From assembly GCA_963754315.1 (NCBI GenBank), contig CAVWFS010000018.1, positions 800,001 through 864,000 of the forward strand: a DNA stretch of 64,000 bases, read 5' to 3'. The position numbers and the translations under genes were made by a program. Positions 9,033 through 22,156 of the stretch are shown in pieces. The DNA is from an uncultured Candidatus Rokubacteria bacterium. GTDB taxonomy: Bacteria; Methylomirabilota; Methylomirabilia; Rokubacteriales; CSP1-6. Under the pieces are notes generated by a model. That model had not been told where the DNA came from. It ran no database searches and saw nothing but the letters and a program-made list of their open reading frames with translations. Numbering within the stretch: position 1 is the first letter of the stretch; each line of letters opens with the position of its first letter.

Positions 9033-9983
9033 CTGCTCCTGGGGGAGCGATCGGCATCGTTGGCGGCAGCGGCTTGTACGAGCTGCCAGGACTCACCGAC
9101 GTCCGCTGGCGCCGGGTCAGGACCCCTTTCGGAGAACCCTCCGACGAGTACTGCGTGGGGCGGCTCGGGCACCGGCCCGTGATCTTCCTGCCGCGGCATG
9201 GGCGTGGACATCGATTGCTACCCAGCGAGCTGAACTTCCGCGCCAACGTCTGGGGGCTGAAAGCCCTGGGGGCGGAATGGGTCGTATCGGTGTCCGCAGT
9301 GGGGAGTATGAGGGAGGCGATCCATCCCCTCGATCTGGTGATCCCCGATCAGTTCTTCGATCACACCCGGCGGCGTGTGTCGACGTTTTTCGGCGACGGT
9401 ATTGCCGCGCACGTGGGCATGGCCACGCCAGTATGCCCCGAAGTCGCCGACAGCGCTTGAGAAGGCCGCTCGGCAGACGGGGGCGGCGGTTCACCGCGGG
9501 GGGACGTACATCTGCATCGAGGGGCCACAGTTTTCCACCCAGGGCGAGTCGCGCGTCTATCGGAACTGGGGGGTCGACGTCATCGGCATGACGAACATGC
9601 CGGAAGCCAAGCTGGCCCGGGAGGCGGAGCTATGCTATGCCACCCTTGCCTTGGTTACCGACTACGACGTCTGGCACGATACGCACGCGAGCGTGTCGGT
9701 AGAGGCAGTCGTGCAGAACTTGCTGCACAACGTGGCCACCGCCAAGGACGTGATCCAGCGCGTGGTTCCGATGCTGCCCGCGGCTCGCGGATGTGCGTGT
9801 GCGAGCCTGCTCAAGAACGCCGTGATCACCGATCCCGGCGCGTTTCCGTCCGCCACCCGCCGCCGGCTCGACCTCCTGATCGGCAAGTACTTTCCCCCGG
9901 CGCCGGGCCATCGCCCCCGCCCAGCCCGGTCGGGGATCGCGCGAAAAGGCCCGTCAAGGCCCCCGACCCGGCGTCGTGGCTGA
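9029..9983 (+). CDS. mtnP: S-methyl-5'-thioadenosine phosphorylase; one +1 frameshift near 9452
   Basis: IGIVGGSGLY, FLPRHGRGH in the first frame; IEGPQFST, GMTNMPEAKLAREAE, VTDYD in the second; removing A9452 gives ADALEK. Confidence 0.9.
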
Positions 9984-10893
9984 TCTTCTGGTGGTGGGCT
10001 CGGTCGCCCTCGATTCTGTGGCGACTCCATTCGGGAAAGTCGACGAGGCGCTGGGAGGGTCCGCCACGTACTTTTCCTATGCGGCGAGCTTTTTCACGAC
10101 GGTGCGATTGGTCGCTACGGTTGGTGCCGACTTTCCCGAAACCCATGTGCGCCTGCTAGCGGAGCGGGGTGTGGACGTGGCCGGGCTTCAGATGACCCCA
10201 GGCGGCCGCACCTTTCGCTGGGTGGGCGAGTATGGTTACGACCTGAACGAAGCCCGGACCCTCGACACCCAGCTCAACGTCCTCGCCAGCTTCCGCCCGG
10301 ACTTACCGCCTGCCCTGCGTCAGATCCCCTATCTCTTCCTGGCAAACATCGATCCGGAGCTGCAGCTCGACGTGCTGCGTCAGATGAGCGCTCGACCGCG
10401 ACTCGTCGCGCTCGACACGATGAACTTCTGGATAACGAGCAAACGCGCCGCACTGCTGCAAGTTCTGCGCGAGGTTGACGTTATCACCATCAACGACGCC
10501 GAGGCCCGCCAGTTGGCCGGGGAGCCCAATCTGGTCCGCGCCGCCCGGGCCATCGCCGCGCTGGGGCCCCGGGTAGTGGTCGTGAAGCGTGGAGAGTACG
10601 GTGCCCTCATGCTGGCCAGCGACACATTCTTCGTTGTCCCCGCCTATCCCCTGGAATCCGTCTTCGACCCCACTGGAGCGGGGGATACCTTCGCGGGTGG
10701 ATTTATGGGATACCTGGCGTCCCGCGAGGTGACCGACCGCGCAAGCATGCGGCGGGCCATTGTGCATGGCTCGGTCATGGCCTCCTTCACGGTGGAGGAC
10801 TTCTCTCTCAACCGTCTCAGCCGCCTGACACGCGCGGAGATCGAGGCCCGAGTCGCCGCCTTCCACGACCTTATGAGGGTCGAGAATCCCTGA
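9976..10893 (+). CDS. PfkB/ribokinase family carbohydrate or nucleoside kinase
   Basis: LGGSATYF, DTMNFWI, VKRGEYGA, DPTGAGDTFAGG. Confidence 0.9.
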   Translation: MADLLVVGSVALDSVATPFGKVDEALGGSATYFSYAASFFTTVRLVATVGADFPETHVRLLAERGVDVAGLQMTPGGRTFRWVGEYGYDLNEARTLDTQLNVLASFRPDLPPALRQIPYLFLANIDPELQLDVLRQMSARPRLVALDTMNFWITSKRAALLQVLREVDVITINDAEARQLAGEPNLVRAARAIAALGPRVVVVKRGEYGALMLASDTFFVVPAYPLESVFDPTGAGDTFAGGFMGYLASREVTDRASMRRAIVHGSVMASFTVEDFSLNRLSRLTRAEIEARVAAFHDLMRVENP

Positions 10894-10905
10894 TCGCGAA
10901 GGCCG

Positions 10906-10934
10906 TTGACACACGTGGGGCGGAGGCTTACCCT
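10906..10934 (+). promoter_or_regulatory. sigma70-type promoter for the cox-like operon
   Basis: TTGACA-N17-TACCCT. Confidence 0.6.
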
Positions 10935-10995
10935 CTCTGACGCCACGACCGTTTCCGAGTGCCGAAAACCGTCGCACGAGTCTGGAGGACGAGCC

Positions 10996-11469
10996 GTGAA
11001 ACTGCCAGTCAAGATGACCATCAACGGTCAGAGTTACAGCCACGAGGTCGAGCCACGACTGCTGCTGGTCCACTACATCCGCGAGGTCGTCGGGCTCACC
11101 GGAACCCATGTCGGGTGCGACACCAGCCAGTGCGGCGCCTGCACGATCGAGATGAACGGGCAGGCCGTCAAGGCCTGCAACCTATTCGCCGTCCAGGCCG
11201 ACGGTGCCACCATCATGACCATCGAAGGCCTGGCCAAGAACGGCGAACTGCACCCGATCCAGTTGGGTTTCTGGGAGAAGCACGGGCTGCAGTGCGGCTT
11301 CTGCACACCGGGGATGATCATGGCAGCCAAGCAGCTACTGGAACGCTATCCGAAACCTACCGAGCAGCAGATCCGGCATCAGCTCGAAGGCAACCTGTGC
11401 CGCTGCACCGGCTACCACAACATCGTGAAGGCCATCGAGTGGGCGGCCGAGCACATGGCCGCGAAGTAG
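10996..11469 (+). CDS. coxS: CoxS/CutS-like 2x[2Fe-2S] small subunit
   Basis: [12 protein letters not shown] and [20 protein letters not shown] start after GGAGG. Confidence 0.92.
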   Translation: MKLPVKMTINGQSYSHEVEPRLLLVHYIREVVGLTGTHVGCDTSQCGACTIEMNGQAVKACNLFAVQADGATIMTIEGLAKNGELHPIQLGFWEKHGLQCGFCTPGMIMAAKQLLERYPKPTEQQIRHQLEGNLCRCTGYHNIVKAIEWAAEHMAAK

Positions 11470-11478
11470 GGGGACGTC

Positions 11479-13870
11479 ATGGCGACGGCGTCAGTCTACG
11501 GGCAATCCATCAAGCGCCGCGAGGATCCGCGATTCATCACCGGTCGCGGTCGGTACGTCGACGACATCAAGCTGCCCGGGATGACCTATGCGGCGTTCGT
11601 ACGCAGCCCGCACGCGCACGCCCGGATCCGGGGCATCGACACTTCGAAGGCCAAGGCGCATCCGGGGGTGGTGGCCGTCTTTGTCGGCAAAGACATGGTC
11701 GGGGTCAACTCTCTTCCCTGCGGGTGGGATCTCAACAAGGGTAAGAACATCCCAGGAGTCGTCCAGGACCTCAGCATGCCCCCCCACATGCCCCTCGCCT
11801 CCGACGAGGCACGCCATGTGGGCGATCCTGTGGCGGTGGTGATCGCAGACAGCCAGGCGGCGGCCCTCGACGGGGCCGAGAAGGTGGTGGTGGACTGGGA
11901 GCCGTTGGGGGCGGTCACCAGCACAGAGCGGGCGCACCAGCCTGGTCAATCCCTTGTCCACGCGTCCGTGTCCGGCAACGCGGCCTTCAAGTGGGAGATC
12001 GGTGACCGCGCTGCCACCGACGCCGCGTTCAGGTCGGCAGCCGTCGTGGTCAAGAAGCGGATCGTCAACCAGCGTCTTGTCGCGAATGCTATGGAGCCCC
12101 GAGCTTGCGTGGCGCGCTTCGACGAGGCTACCGACGAGCTCACCTTATGGGTGACGTCGCAGAATCCCCACGTCCATCGCCTGCTCATGGCGGCGTTCGT
12201 TCTGGGGATTCCCGAGCACAAGATGCGGGTGATCGCGCCCGACGTCGGCGGCGGCTTTGGCTCGAAGATCTTTGTCTACAACGAAGAGGTGGTGATCTCG
12301 TGGGCCGCCCGCCAGATCAAGCGACCGGTCCGGTGGACAGCCACTCGGCGAGAGGCTTACCTGACCGACGCCCAGGGCCGTGACCACGTGACGGACGCCG
12401 AGATCGGCATGTCCCGGGACGGCAAGATCCTCAGTCTGCGCGTGAAGACCACGGCGAACCTGGGCGCGTACCTCTCGACCTTCGCCCCCGCCGTGCCCAC
12501 GTTCCTCTACGGCACCTTGCTGAACGGTGTGTACGCCATCGGCGCCATCCACTGTGAGGTCACAGGCGTCTTCACCAATACAACGCCGGTCGACGCCTAT
12601 CGTGGAGCCGGGCGGCCCGAGGCGGCCTACGTGGTCGAGCGGATGGTGGAGGCAGGGGCGGCTGCCATCAAGATGGACGTCGCCGAAGTCCGACGGAAGA
12701 ACTTTATCCCCAAGTTCTCGGGGGCCTTCCAGACCCTGGTGGCGGTGTCCTACGACAGCGGCGACTACGCCGCCGCCTTCGACAAGCTCCTGCAGATCTT
12801 CGACTACCGGAAGTTCCGGGCTGAGCAGGCGGAGGCCCGCAAGCAGGGGCGTCTGCTCGGCGTCGGTTTCTCCGCCTACATCGAGGCGTGCTCCATCGCG
12901 CCCTCCAAGGTGGTCGGTGCGCTCGGCGCCGGCGCCGGCCTGTACGAGTCGGGTGTGGTTCGTGTCCATCCCACCGGAAAGGTGAGCGTGTTCACCGGCT
13001 CCCACTCCCACGGACAGGGACACGAGACGACCTTCGCCCAGCTCGTGGCAAGCGAGCTCGGGGTGGCCATGGACGACGTCGACATCATCCACGGCGACAC
13101 GGGCGCCATCGCTTTCGGGATGGGGACCTACGGGAGCCGTTCCGCCTCGGTGGGAGGCACGGCCATTCTCATGTCGCTCAACAAGGTGAAAGAGAAGGGC
13201 AAGAAGATCGCGGCTCACCTGCTCGAAGCCTCCCCGGCCGACATCGAGTTCTCGGGTGGCCAGTTCTCGGTAAAGGGCGTGCCCGGCAAGTCGATCGGGT
13301 TTGCGCAGGTGGCGCTGACCGCCTATGTGCCCCACAACTATCCGGAGGGACTCGAGCCGGGTCTCGAAGAGACCAGTTTCTACGATCCCTCGAACTTCTG
13401 CTTCCCCTTCGGGGCGCACGCGTGCGTGGTAGAGGTCGAACCGGAAACGGGGCGCGTCAACATTCTGCGCTACGTCGCCGTGGATGACGTAGGCAACGTC
13501 ATCAATCCCATGATCGTTGACGGGATGGTGCACGGCGGCATCGCCCAGGGCGTCGGCCAGGCGCTCTGGGAGGGCGCGCGCTACGACGAAGAGTCGGGTC
13601 AGCTCGTGACCGGAAGCATGATGGACTACGCGATGCCCAAGGCGGATCAGCTGCCGTTCTACGAAACGGCGACGGACAGTGACGCCGACACCCGTCAACC
13701 CACTGGGTATCAAAGGTGCGGGCGAAACGGGCACGATTGCCTCGACCCCAGCCGTCGTCAACGCGGTCGTCGACGCCCTGTCCGGAATGGGGGTCGACCA
13801 CATCGAGGCCATGCCCCTCACTCCCGAGCGGGTGTGGAAGACCATTCAGGCCGCCAAGGCCGGTCGATAG
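11479..13870 (+). CDS. Xanthine dehydrogenase family molybdopterin large subunit (form II CoxL/CutL-like); +1 frameshift near 13672
   Basis: [49 protein letters not shown]-terminal KGAGETG is in the next frame (ETARTVTP after removing one A). Confidence 0.9.
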
Positions 13871-13879
13871 GAGCCAAGC

Positions 13880-14749
13880 ATGTACCCAGCCGCCTTCGAG
13901 TATCACGCCCCCACCAGCGTCCAGGATGCCCTTGGCCTTTTGACCCGCCTCAAGGACGACGCGAAGCTTCTGGCCGGAGGGCACAGCCTCATCCCGATGA
14001 TGAAGCTACGATTGGCTCAGCCGAAGCACCTCATCGATCTGCGCAAGGTTCCGGGGCTCGGGGGTGTCAAGGAGGAGTCAGGCGCACTTGCCATCGGGGC
14101 GATGACCACCCACTACCAAGTTGAATCCTCGGCCTTGGTGAAGTCCAAGATTCCGGTTCTGGCCGAGGTGGGGGGAATCATCGGCGACCCGGCAGTGAGA
14201 AATCTTGGCACGGTTGGAGGCTCCCTGGCCCACGCCGATCCTGCTGCGGACTGGCCCGCGGCCGTGATCGCCCTCGGGGCCGAGTTCGTGTGCGAGGGCC
14301 CGAAAGGTCGGCGTACGGTCAAGGTCGACGACTGGTTCCAGGGTTTGATGTCTACCGCCGTCCGCGAGGACGAGATTCTCGTCCAGATTCGCGTGCCCAT
14401 CTGGCCGGCCGGAAGCGGTGCCGCTTACATGAAGTTCCCGCATCCTGCCTCGCGCTTCGCGGTGGTCGGTGCCGCTGCTGCCTTGACCTTGGACGCCAAG
14501 GGGGCGTGCACGAAGGCAGGGGTGGGGATGACCGGCGCCGGTACCAAGGCCGTGCGGGCAAAGGGCGTGGAGGCCGGTCTCACGGGCAAGGTTCTCGATG
14601 CCGCCGTCATCGAGGCGGCTGCGCAGAAGGCGGCCGAGGGGGTGGACGTTCAGGCAGACCTGCAGGGCTCGGTCGAGTACAAGTCGCATCTCTGCCGGGT
14701 CTTCGCCCGGCGGGCGATCGAGGCCGCCGTAAAGCGCGCCAAAGGGTAG
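13880..14749 (+). CDS. coxM: CoxM/CutM-like FAD-binding subunit
   Basis: LLAGGHSLIPMMKLR, VRNLGTVGGSLAHADPAAD. Confidence 0.92.
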   Translation: MYPAAFEYHAPTSVQDALGLLTRLKDDAKLLAGGHSLIPMMKLRLAQPKHLIDLRKVPGLGGVKEESGALAIGAMTTHYQVESSALVKSKIPVLAEVGGIIGDPAVRNLGTVGGSLAHADPAADWPAAVIALGAEFVCEGPKGRRTVKVDDWFQGLMSTAVREDEILVQIRVPIWPAGSGAAYMKFPHPASRFAVVGAAAALTLDAKGACTKAGVGMTGAGTKAVRAKGVEAGLTGKVLDAAVIEAAAQKAAEGVDVQADLQGSVEYKSHLCRVFARRAIEAAVKRAKG

Positions 14750-14816
14750 TCACCAGGGCTGCATGCACGCCGATCTCGGAGTCTAGGGCTGGCCTCGGGC
14801 CCCTGCGCGTCCAGAC

Positions 14817-15386
14817 TTGGTAGGCGCTGTCGTTCTCGCTGCGGGCCTTGCGCGGCGCATGGGTCGCCAGAAGCTGCTACTTCCCCTCCGCGGGAAGCCC
14901 GTCGTCCGCTGGAGCGTCGACGCGATTCTTCCCCACGCGGATGAGGTCCTGGTGGTGACTGGTCACGAGGCGGCTGACGTCCAGGCGGCTCTCGCAGGTT
15001 TGCCCGTGAGGTTCATCCATAACCCCCACCCGGAGGCTGGCCAGGGGAGTTCTATTGCGGTCGGGGTGGCTGCATTGGCGCAGACGACCGACGCCGTCCT
15101 GATCGCTCTTGGCGACCAGCCCCGGCTACCCGACGGCGTGATTCCGGCACTTCTGGAGGCTTTCCGTCGCGGCGACGCGGCGATCGTGACCCCTATCTAT
15201 CGAGGAATCCAGGGCACCCCGGTTATCTTCGGAGCCGAGGTGTTCCCTGAGCTTCGGGCGCTGACGGGCGACGGCGGGGCGCGGACGGTGGTTCGAGCCA
15301 ATCTGGGGCGAGTCCGCGAGATCCCCTTCGATCTGCCCATGCCCGACGACGTGGATACCCCCGAGGACTACGCACGGCTCATGTAG
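14817..15386 (+). CDS. mocA: Molybdenum cofactor cytidylyltransferase-like nucleotidyltransferase
   Basis: VVLAAGLARRMGRQKLLL, LGDQP, GDGGAR, DVDTPEDY; TTG start uncertain. Confidence 0.8.
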   Translation: MVGAVVLAAGLARRMGRQKLLLPLRGKPVVRWSVDAILPHADEVLVVTGHEAADVQAALAGLPVRFIHNPHPEAGQGSSIAVGVAALAQTTDAVLIALGDQPRLPDGVIPALLEAFRRGDAAIVTPIYRGIQGTPVIFGAEVFPELRALTGDGGARTVVRANLGRVREIPFDLPMPDDVDTPEDYARLM

Positions 15387-15397
15387 AATCGAGGACT

Positions 15398-16288
15398 ATG
15401 CGCGACGAGATCAGAAAGATCCAGGAGTTGATGGAGGCGGCCGAGTATGTCACGGACGCCCCGGTAGCAACCTCGGTCCACCTGGCCATGAGCCTCCGGA
15501 AGCCCCTTCTCATCGAGGGACACGCGGGGGTGGGCAAGACGGAAGTGGCGAAGGTCATGGCGCGGATGCTCGGGACCAACCTCATCCGGCTGCAGTGTTA
15601 CGAGGGGCTCGACGCCTCGAGCGCCCTCTACGAGTGGAACTACCAGAAGCAACTCCTCCACATCAAGCTCAACGAGGGGGGGCGGCGTTCCACCGACGAC
15701 ACCGAGCACGAGATCTTCTCGGAGGCGTTTCTCCTCCGACGCCCACTGCTCCAGGCTATCACCCAGCACGAGCGGTCACCGGTGCTGCTGGTCGACGAGG
15801 TCGACCGGGCCGACGAAGAGTTCGAGGCTTTTATGCTAGAGGTGTTCTCGGACTGGCAGGTGACCATCCCCGAGGTGGGTACCATCAAGGCCACCCATCC
15901 TCCTCACGTCATCCTGACTTCGAACCGGACCCGTGAGCTGTCCGATGCCCTTCGCCGCCGCTGTCTATACCTCTGGATCGACTATCCAGGCTTCGACAAG
16001 GAAATCCGCATCGTCGAGCGCAAAGTCCCCGGTATCAACCCCAGGTTGGCCGGTCAGATCGCGCGCTTCATGGAGTCCTTGCGGACCATGCGCCTGGCCA
16101 AGGTTCCTGGGGTGGCCGAGACCCTCGACTGGGCCCAAGCGCTGACGGCGCTCCATGCCGATCATCTTGACGAAGTGGTCGTGGCGGAGACGCTTGGCTG
16201 CGTGCTCAAGGATGCCGACGACATCCGACGCTTCAAGACCGAGGTGTCGAAGAACGGCCTGGCGCCCTTCGTACCTGTGGAACGCTGA
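15398..16288 (+). CDS. MoxR-type AAA+ ATPase (CoxD-like)
   Basis: GHAGVGKT Walker A, RLQCYEGLD, YEWNY, LLVDEVDRAD, SNRTRELSDALRRRC. Confidence 0.9.
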   Translation: MRDEIRKIQELMEAAEYVTDAPVATSVHLAMSLRKPLLIEGHAGVGKTEVAKVMARMLGTNLIRLQCYEGLDASSALYEWNYQKQLLHIKLNEGGRRSTDDTEHEIFSEAFLLRRPLLQAITQHERSPVLLVDEVDRADEEFEAFMLEVFSDWQVTIPEVGTIKATHPPHVILTSNRTRELSDALRRRCLYLWIDYPGFDKEIRIVERKVPGINPRLAGQIARFMESLRTMRLAKVPGVAETLDWAQALTALHADHLDEVVVAETLGCVLKDADDIRRFKTEVSKNGLAPFVPVER

Positions 16289-17430
16289 TGGCCCTGCGGC
16301 ACCTCGGCGCGGCCGTGGTGCGCTTCGGGGCCATGCTCCGCCGGCAGGGGCTTCCCGTCACCCTCATCCACGTCACCGATGCGGTGCGCGCGCTCGATCA
16401 CCTCGACCTGGCGGACCGGGGTGAGTTGTATCTCGGCCTGCGCGCAATCTTCGTGGGCCGCCCCGAAGATCTACCTACCTTCGACCGGTCCTTCGAGGCG
16501 TTCTGGCGCTTCCAGAACGAGGACGATCAGGCGCTTCCAGGATTGCTCGACGCGACCCCGTCGATCGAGACCGCCAACGGGTCGACGCCGGAGGGGACGG
16601 CCCGTCAGGAGAGCGCCTCGCTTGATTCCTGGGGCGAGGAAGCCGGGGAGGAGAGCGACGAGCCCCTCGGCGTGCCGGGCGTATCCGATCGCGAGGCGGT
16701 GATGACCCAGGACTTCTCCACCTTCGGCGCGGACCAACTCGAGGAAGTGTTCCGTTTGACCATCCAGATCGCCAAGCGTTTGGCCCGTCGAATCAGCCGC
16801 CGCCGCCGACCGGTGCGCCGCAAGGGCCGGGTCGATCTCCGTCGTACGTTACGCGCGAATCTCACCCGGGGTGACCTCATCGACCTCCGCTTCAGAGCCC
16901 GGCGACGCCGCAAGGTTCGGCTGGTCCTCCTGTGCGATGTTTCGGGGTCCATGGATCTCTACAGTCGCTTCCTTCTTCAGTTCCTCTTCGCCTTGCAGAA
17001 CGTGTTCGGACGGGTGGAGACCTTCACCTTCTCGACGCGACTCACGCGGATCACCGAATACCTCAAGGCGCGCTCGTATCGACAAGTTTTGCGTCGGTTG
17101 ACGGAGGTGCGCGACTGGTCGGGGGGCACGCGGATCGGCGAGTCCCTGGCTCAGTTCAACCGTGAGTGGCCAACCCTGGTGGATCGTCGCACCATCGTGA
17201 TCATCCTGTCCGACGGCTGGGATACCGGCGACCCGGAGCTGCTGGCTGCCGAGCTGCTGCGGATCAAGCGACGGGCCGGCCGGATGATCTGGCTCAACCC
17301 CCTCCTCGGGAACCAGTCGTACGAGCCGCTGACGCGCGGCATGGCGGCCGCGCTGCCCCTCGTGGATCACTTCGCCGCTGCTCACAACCTCGCCTCCCTG
17401 CGGGCGCTGGCAGGGCAACTGGTGTTGTAA
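16288..17430 (+). CDS. VWA-domain protein (CoxE-like)
   Basis: LCDVSGSMD MIDAS motif, WSGGTRIGESL, SDGWDTG, WLNPL. Confidence 0.9.
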   Translation: MALRHLGAAVVRFGAMLRRQGLPVTLIHVTDAVRALDHLDLADRGELYLGLRAIFVGRPEDLPTFDRSFEAFWRFQNEDDQALPGLLDATPSIETANGSTPEGTARQESASLDSWGEEAGEESDEPLGVPGVSDREAVMTQDFSTFGADQLEEVFRLTIQIAKRLARRISRRRRPVRRKGRVDLRRTLRANLTRGDLIDLRFRARRRRKVRLVLLCDVSGSMDLYSRFLLQFLFALQNVFGRVETFTFSTRLTRITEYLKARSYRQVLRRLTEVRDWSGGTRIGESLAQFNREWPTLVDRRTIVIILSDGWDTGDPELLAAELLRIKRRAGRMIWLNPLLGNQSYEPLTRGMAAALPLVDHFAAAHNLASLRALAGQLVL

Positions 17431-17480
17431 AGCCGGGAGCGTGGTTTCCCCCGGGCCGCGGCCCGGCGTATCATTGAGCC

Positions 17481-18548
17481 ATGGCCGAACTCTTCGAGCA
17501 CCTCGATCAGTTACGTAGCTCTCCGGGAAAGGTCGCGGTGGCCACCCTCGTGAATACGCGAGGGACGACGCCGCGAAAGGAAGGCGCCAAGATGGTGGTG
17601 GGCGAGGGCGGGGCCGTCCTCGGATCCGTCACCATCGGAGGCTGCGTCGACGCCCAGGTTATCGAGGAGTCTACGCACGTCCTCGAGACGATGCGGCCCC
17701 GGCTGCTCGAGCTCAACCTTGGCGACGAGGAAGCATGGGAGATCGGGTTGACGTGTGGCGGCACCATCGAAGTATTCCTGGAGCCGGTGCGGCCCGACGA
17801 AGCGGGGCCGGGAGCGGGGCGTCTCTACGAGCGTGTCCGTGCGCTTTCGGCGACAGGCCGGCGCGGAGCGGTGATCACCCGGCTCGACGGGGACGGTGCC
17901 AAGCTTCTCGTCCTCGACGACGGTACTACTGAAGGATCGCTGGGTGAGGCGCTGCTCGATCAGCGATTTGCGGCGGAGGCACGGGTCGCGCTCGACCAGG
18001 GAACCTCGCGCACCCTCATGCTCGAGGACGTCCGCGCCTTCGTGGAGGTGTTTGCTCCGCCCGCGTTACTCCTCGTGGTCGGCGCCAGCCACGTGGCCAT
18101 GCCGCTCGTCAGCCTTGCCAAGATTCTCGGTTACCGCACGGTAGTGATAGACGGTCGGCCGCGCTTCGCGACGCGTGAACGCTTTCCCGACGTCGACGAG
18201 TTGAAGATCGGGGTACCGTCGGAGCTGGTGCGCGAGTACACGCTGACGCCGGCCACCGCCCTCGTTCTCGTCGCCCACGACTACAAGTACGACCTGCCCA
18301 TCCTCCGCGAGGCCCTTGCCACCGACGTCGGCTACGTGGGCATGCTGGGCTCGACCAGACGGGGGGCGGCCATTCTCAAACTCTTGCAAGAGGAGGGCGT
18401 GGCCGACATCCAACTCAAGCGGGTCCGCGTCCCCATCGGCCTCGATTTGGGGGCGCGCAGCGCCCCGGAGATCGCGCTGGCCGTCCTGGCCGAGATCCAG
18501 GCCGTCCGCGGCGGTGGCTCGGGTCAGCCGATGAGCGCCCGCCGATGA
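17481..18548 (+). CDS. XdhC/CoxF family Moco insertion chaperone
   Basis: GTTPRKEGAKM, GSVTIGGCVD, GLTCGGTIEV, YVGMLGS, PIGLDLGA..PEIALA. Confidence 0.9.
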   Translation: MAELFEHLDQLRSSPGKVAVATLVNTRGTTPRKEGAKMVVGEGGAVLGSVTIGGCVDAQVIEESTHVLETMRPRLLELNLGDEEAWEIGLTCGGTIEVFLEPVRPDEAGPGAGRLYERVRALSATGRRGAVITRLDGDGAKLLVLDDGTTEGSLGEALLDQRFAAEARVALDQGTSRTLMLEDVRAFVEVFAPPALLLVVGASHVAMPLVSLAKILGYRTVVIDGRPRFATRERFPDVDELKIGVPSELVREYTLTPATALVLVAHDYKYDLPILREALATDVGYVGMLGSTRRGAAILKLLQEEGVADIQLKRVRVPIGLDLGARSAPEIALAVLAEIQAVRGGGSGQPMSARR

Positions 18549-19585
18549 AGGTGCTGGCCGTGCGGCGGGAGGGTGCTCAGGTGACGTCGTTGCGCGATCG
18601 CGTACTCTGCCACGACGTTCGCGACGCAGGGGGCTCCGTCGTCGGGCACAAGGGAGCGAAGGTGTCCGAAGAGTTGGCCGCCACGATCCTGGCCGCTCCC
18701 TGGGACGAGATTCACCTCATCGCGGCGGAGCCGGGCGATCTGCACGAGGAGGACGGCGGGCGGCGACTGGCGCACGCGGTGGTCGGGGAGGGGGTTGAGG
18801 TCAAGGGCTATACGGGTGGCCAGTGGACCCTTGCTGCCAACCGGCGGGGGCTGCTGCGCATCGAGCGGGCCCGCCTTACGGACGTGAACGTCCTGGACGG
18901 GATTTCGGTCTTCACTCTTTTCGACGGGCAGCCCGTGGAGCCGGGGGAGACCGTAGCCAAGGCCAAGGTCACACCGCTCGTCCTCGCCGAGAAGACGATC
19001 GTTGCCGTCGAGGAGATCGCGCGTGTGACCTCGGGACTCCTCAGCGTCCTGGCCTTCCGTCCGGAGTGCATCGGCGTGGTAGCGCGAGAGCGGCTCGAGG
19101 CCCGCCAGCGAACCCGCTTCGAGGCGGCACTGCAAGGAAAGGTTGACTGGTTCGGGGGCCGCCTGCTTGGCATCCGTTACGCCGGTGATTCGGCTGCAGC
19201 AGTAGCGAGCGACCTCAGGTCTCTTCGCGACGACGGGGCTCGTCTGCTCGTCGTGGCCGGGGCCAGCGCGCTCGACCCGCTGGACGCCGTGTTTGGTGGC
19301 CTGAGCTTGGTGGGGGCACGCATGGAGCGCCACGGTGCCCCTGCCCATCCCGGCAGCCTTCTCTGGCTGGCCGATTGGGAAGGACTCCCCGTCCTTGGGA
19401 TGCCAACCTGCGGTATGTTCTCCCAGGCGACGACGTTCGATCTCGTCTTGCCGCGCCTTCTGACCGGCGAAATGATCGACAATCGCGCGCTGGCCGCGCT
19501 CGGGCACGGTGGCCTCCTTTCTCGTGACATGGCCTATCGCTTCCCTCCGTACCGCGCCGGTGTGGTGCGAGGCGAGCTGGAGTGA
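18545..19585 (+). CDS. Molybdopterin-binding (MoeA/MoaB-like) domain protein
   Basis: LHEEDG..LA, AKVTPL, GASALDPLD, HGAPAHPGSLLW, LGMPTC..FDLVLPRLL..GHGGLL; located in a Moco cluster. Confidence 0.7.
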   Translation: MKVLAVRREGAQVTSLRDRVLCHDVRDAGGSVVGHKGAKVSEELAATILAAPWDEIHLIAAEPGDLHEEDGGRRLAHAVVGEGVEVKGYTGGQWTLAANRRGLLRIERARLTDVNVLDGISVFTLFDGQPVEPGETVAKAKVTPLVLAEKTIVAVEEIARVTSGLLSVLAFRPECIGVVARERLEARQRTRFEAALQGKVDWFGGRLLGIRYAGDSAAAVASDLRSLRDDGARLLVVAGASALDPLDAVFGGLSLVGARMERHGAPAHPGSLLWLADWEGLPVLGMPTCGMFSQATTFDLVLPRLLTGEMIDNRALAALGHGGLLSRDMAYRFPPYRAGVVRGELE

Positions 19586-19955
19586 CACCGCCTGCGGTTC
19601 TCTATAGCGACGTGATCCGCGAGCGGTGGCGCCGGCCGCGCTTCCGCGGCGATCTGCCCGACGCCACCGGAGTGGCCGAAGACGTCAACCCTCTGTGCGG
19701 CGATCGTGTTCGAATGTCCGTCCGCGTGGAGGATGGCACGGTCGCTGAGGCTCGCTTCATCGGGGACGCCTGCGCCATCTGCATGGCCTCAGCCGACGTC
19801 ACCGCCGAGCTCGTCCGGGGCCGGTCCACCGCCGAGGCGGAGTCGGTGGACGCGGCAGACGTCCTGGCCGTGCTCCAGGCCGACATCCGTCCAGCCCGCA
19901 TGCGCTGCGTGACGCTTCCCGTGAGCGTGCTCGGCATGGCTCTGGGGAGGGCCCG

Positions 19956-19959
<4 letters not shown>
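19582..19959 (+). CDS. SufU/IscU-type sulfur transfer scaffold
   Basis: NPLCGD, GDACAICMAS, RMRCVTL; no LPPVK motif. Confidence 0.85.
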
Positions 19960-22146
<2,187 letters not shown>

Positions 22147-22156
22147 CGGGGGGGTG

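Noticed and set aside
11479..13870. Aerobic form I CO dehydrogenase
   Set aside because: AYRGAGR rather than AYxCSFR, and S-L-M gene order
13672..14124. Extended C-terminal tail on the CoxL-like ORF, and similar tails on the clpC and sufS ORFs
   Set aside because: Out-of-frame read-through after single-base insertions; the conserved C-termini are in the next frame
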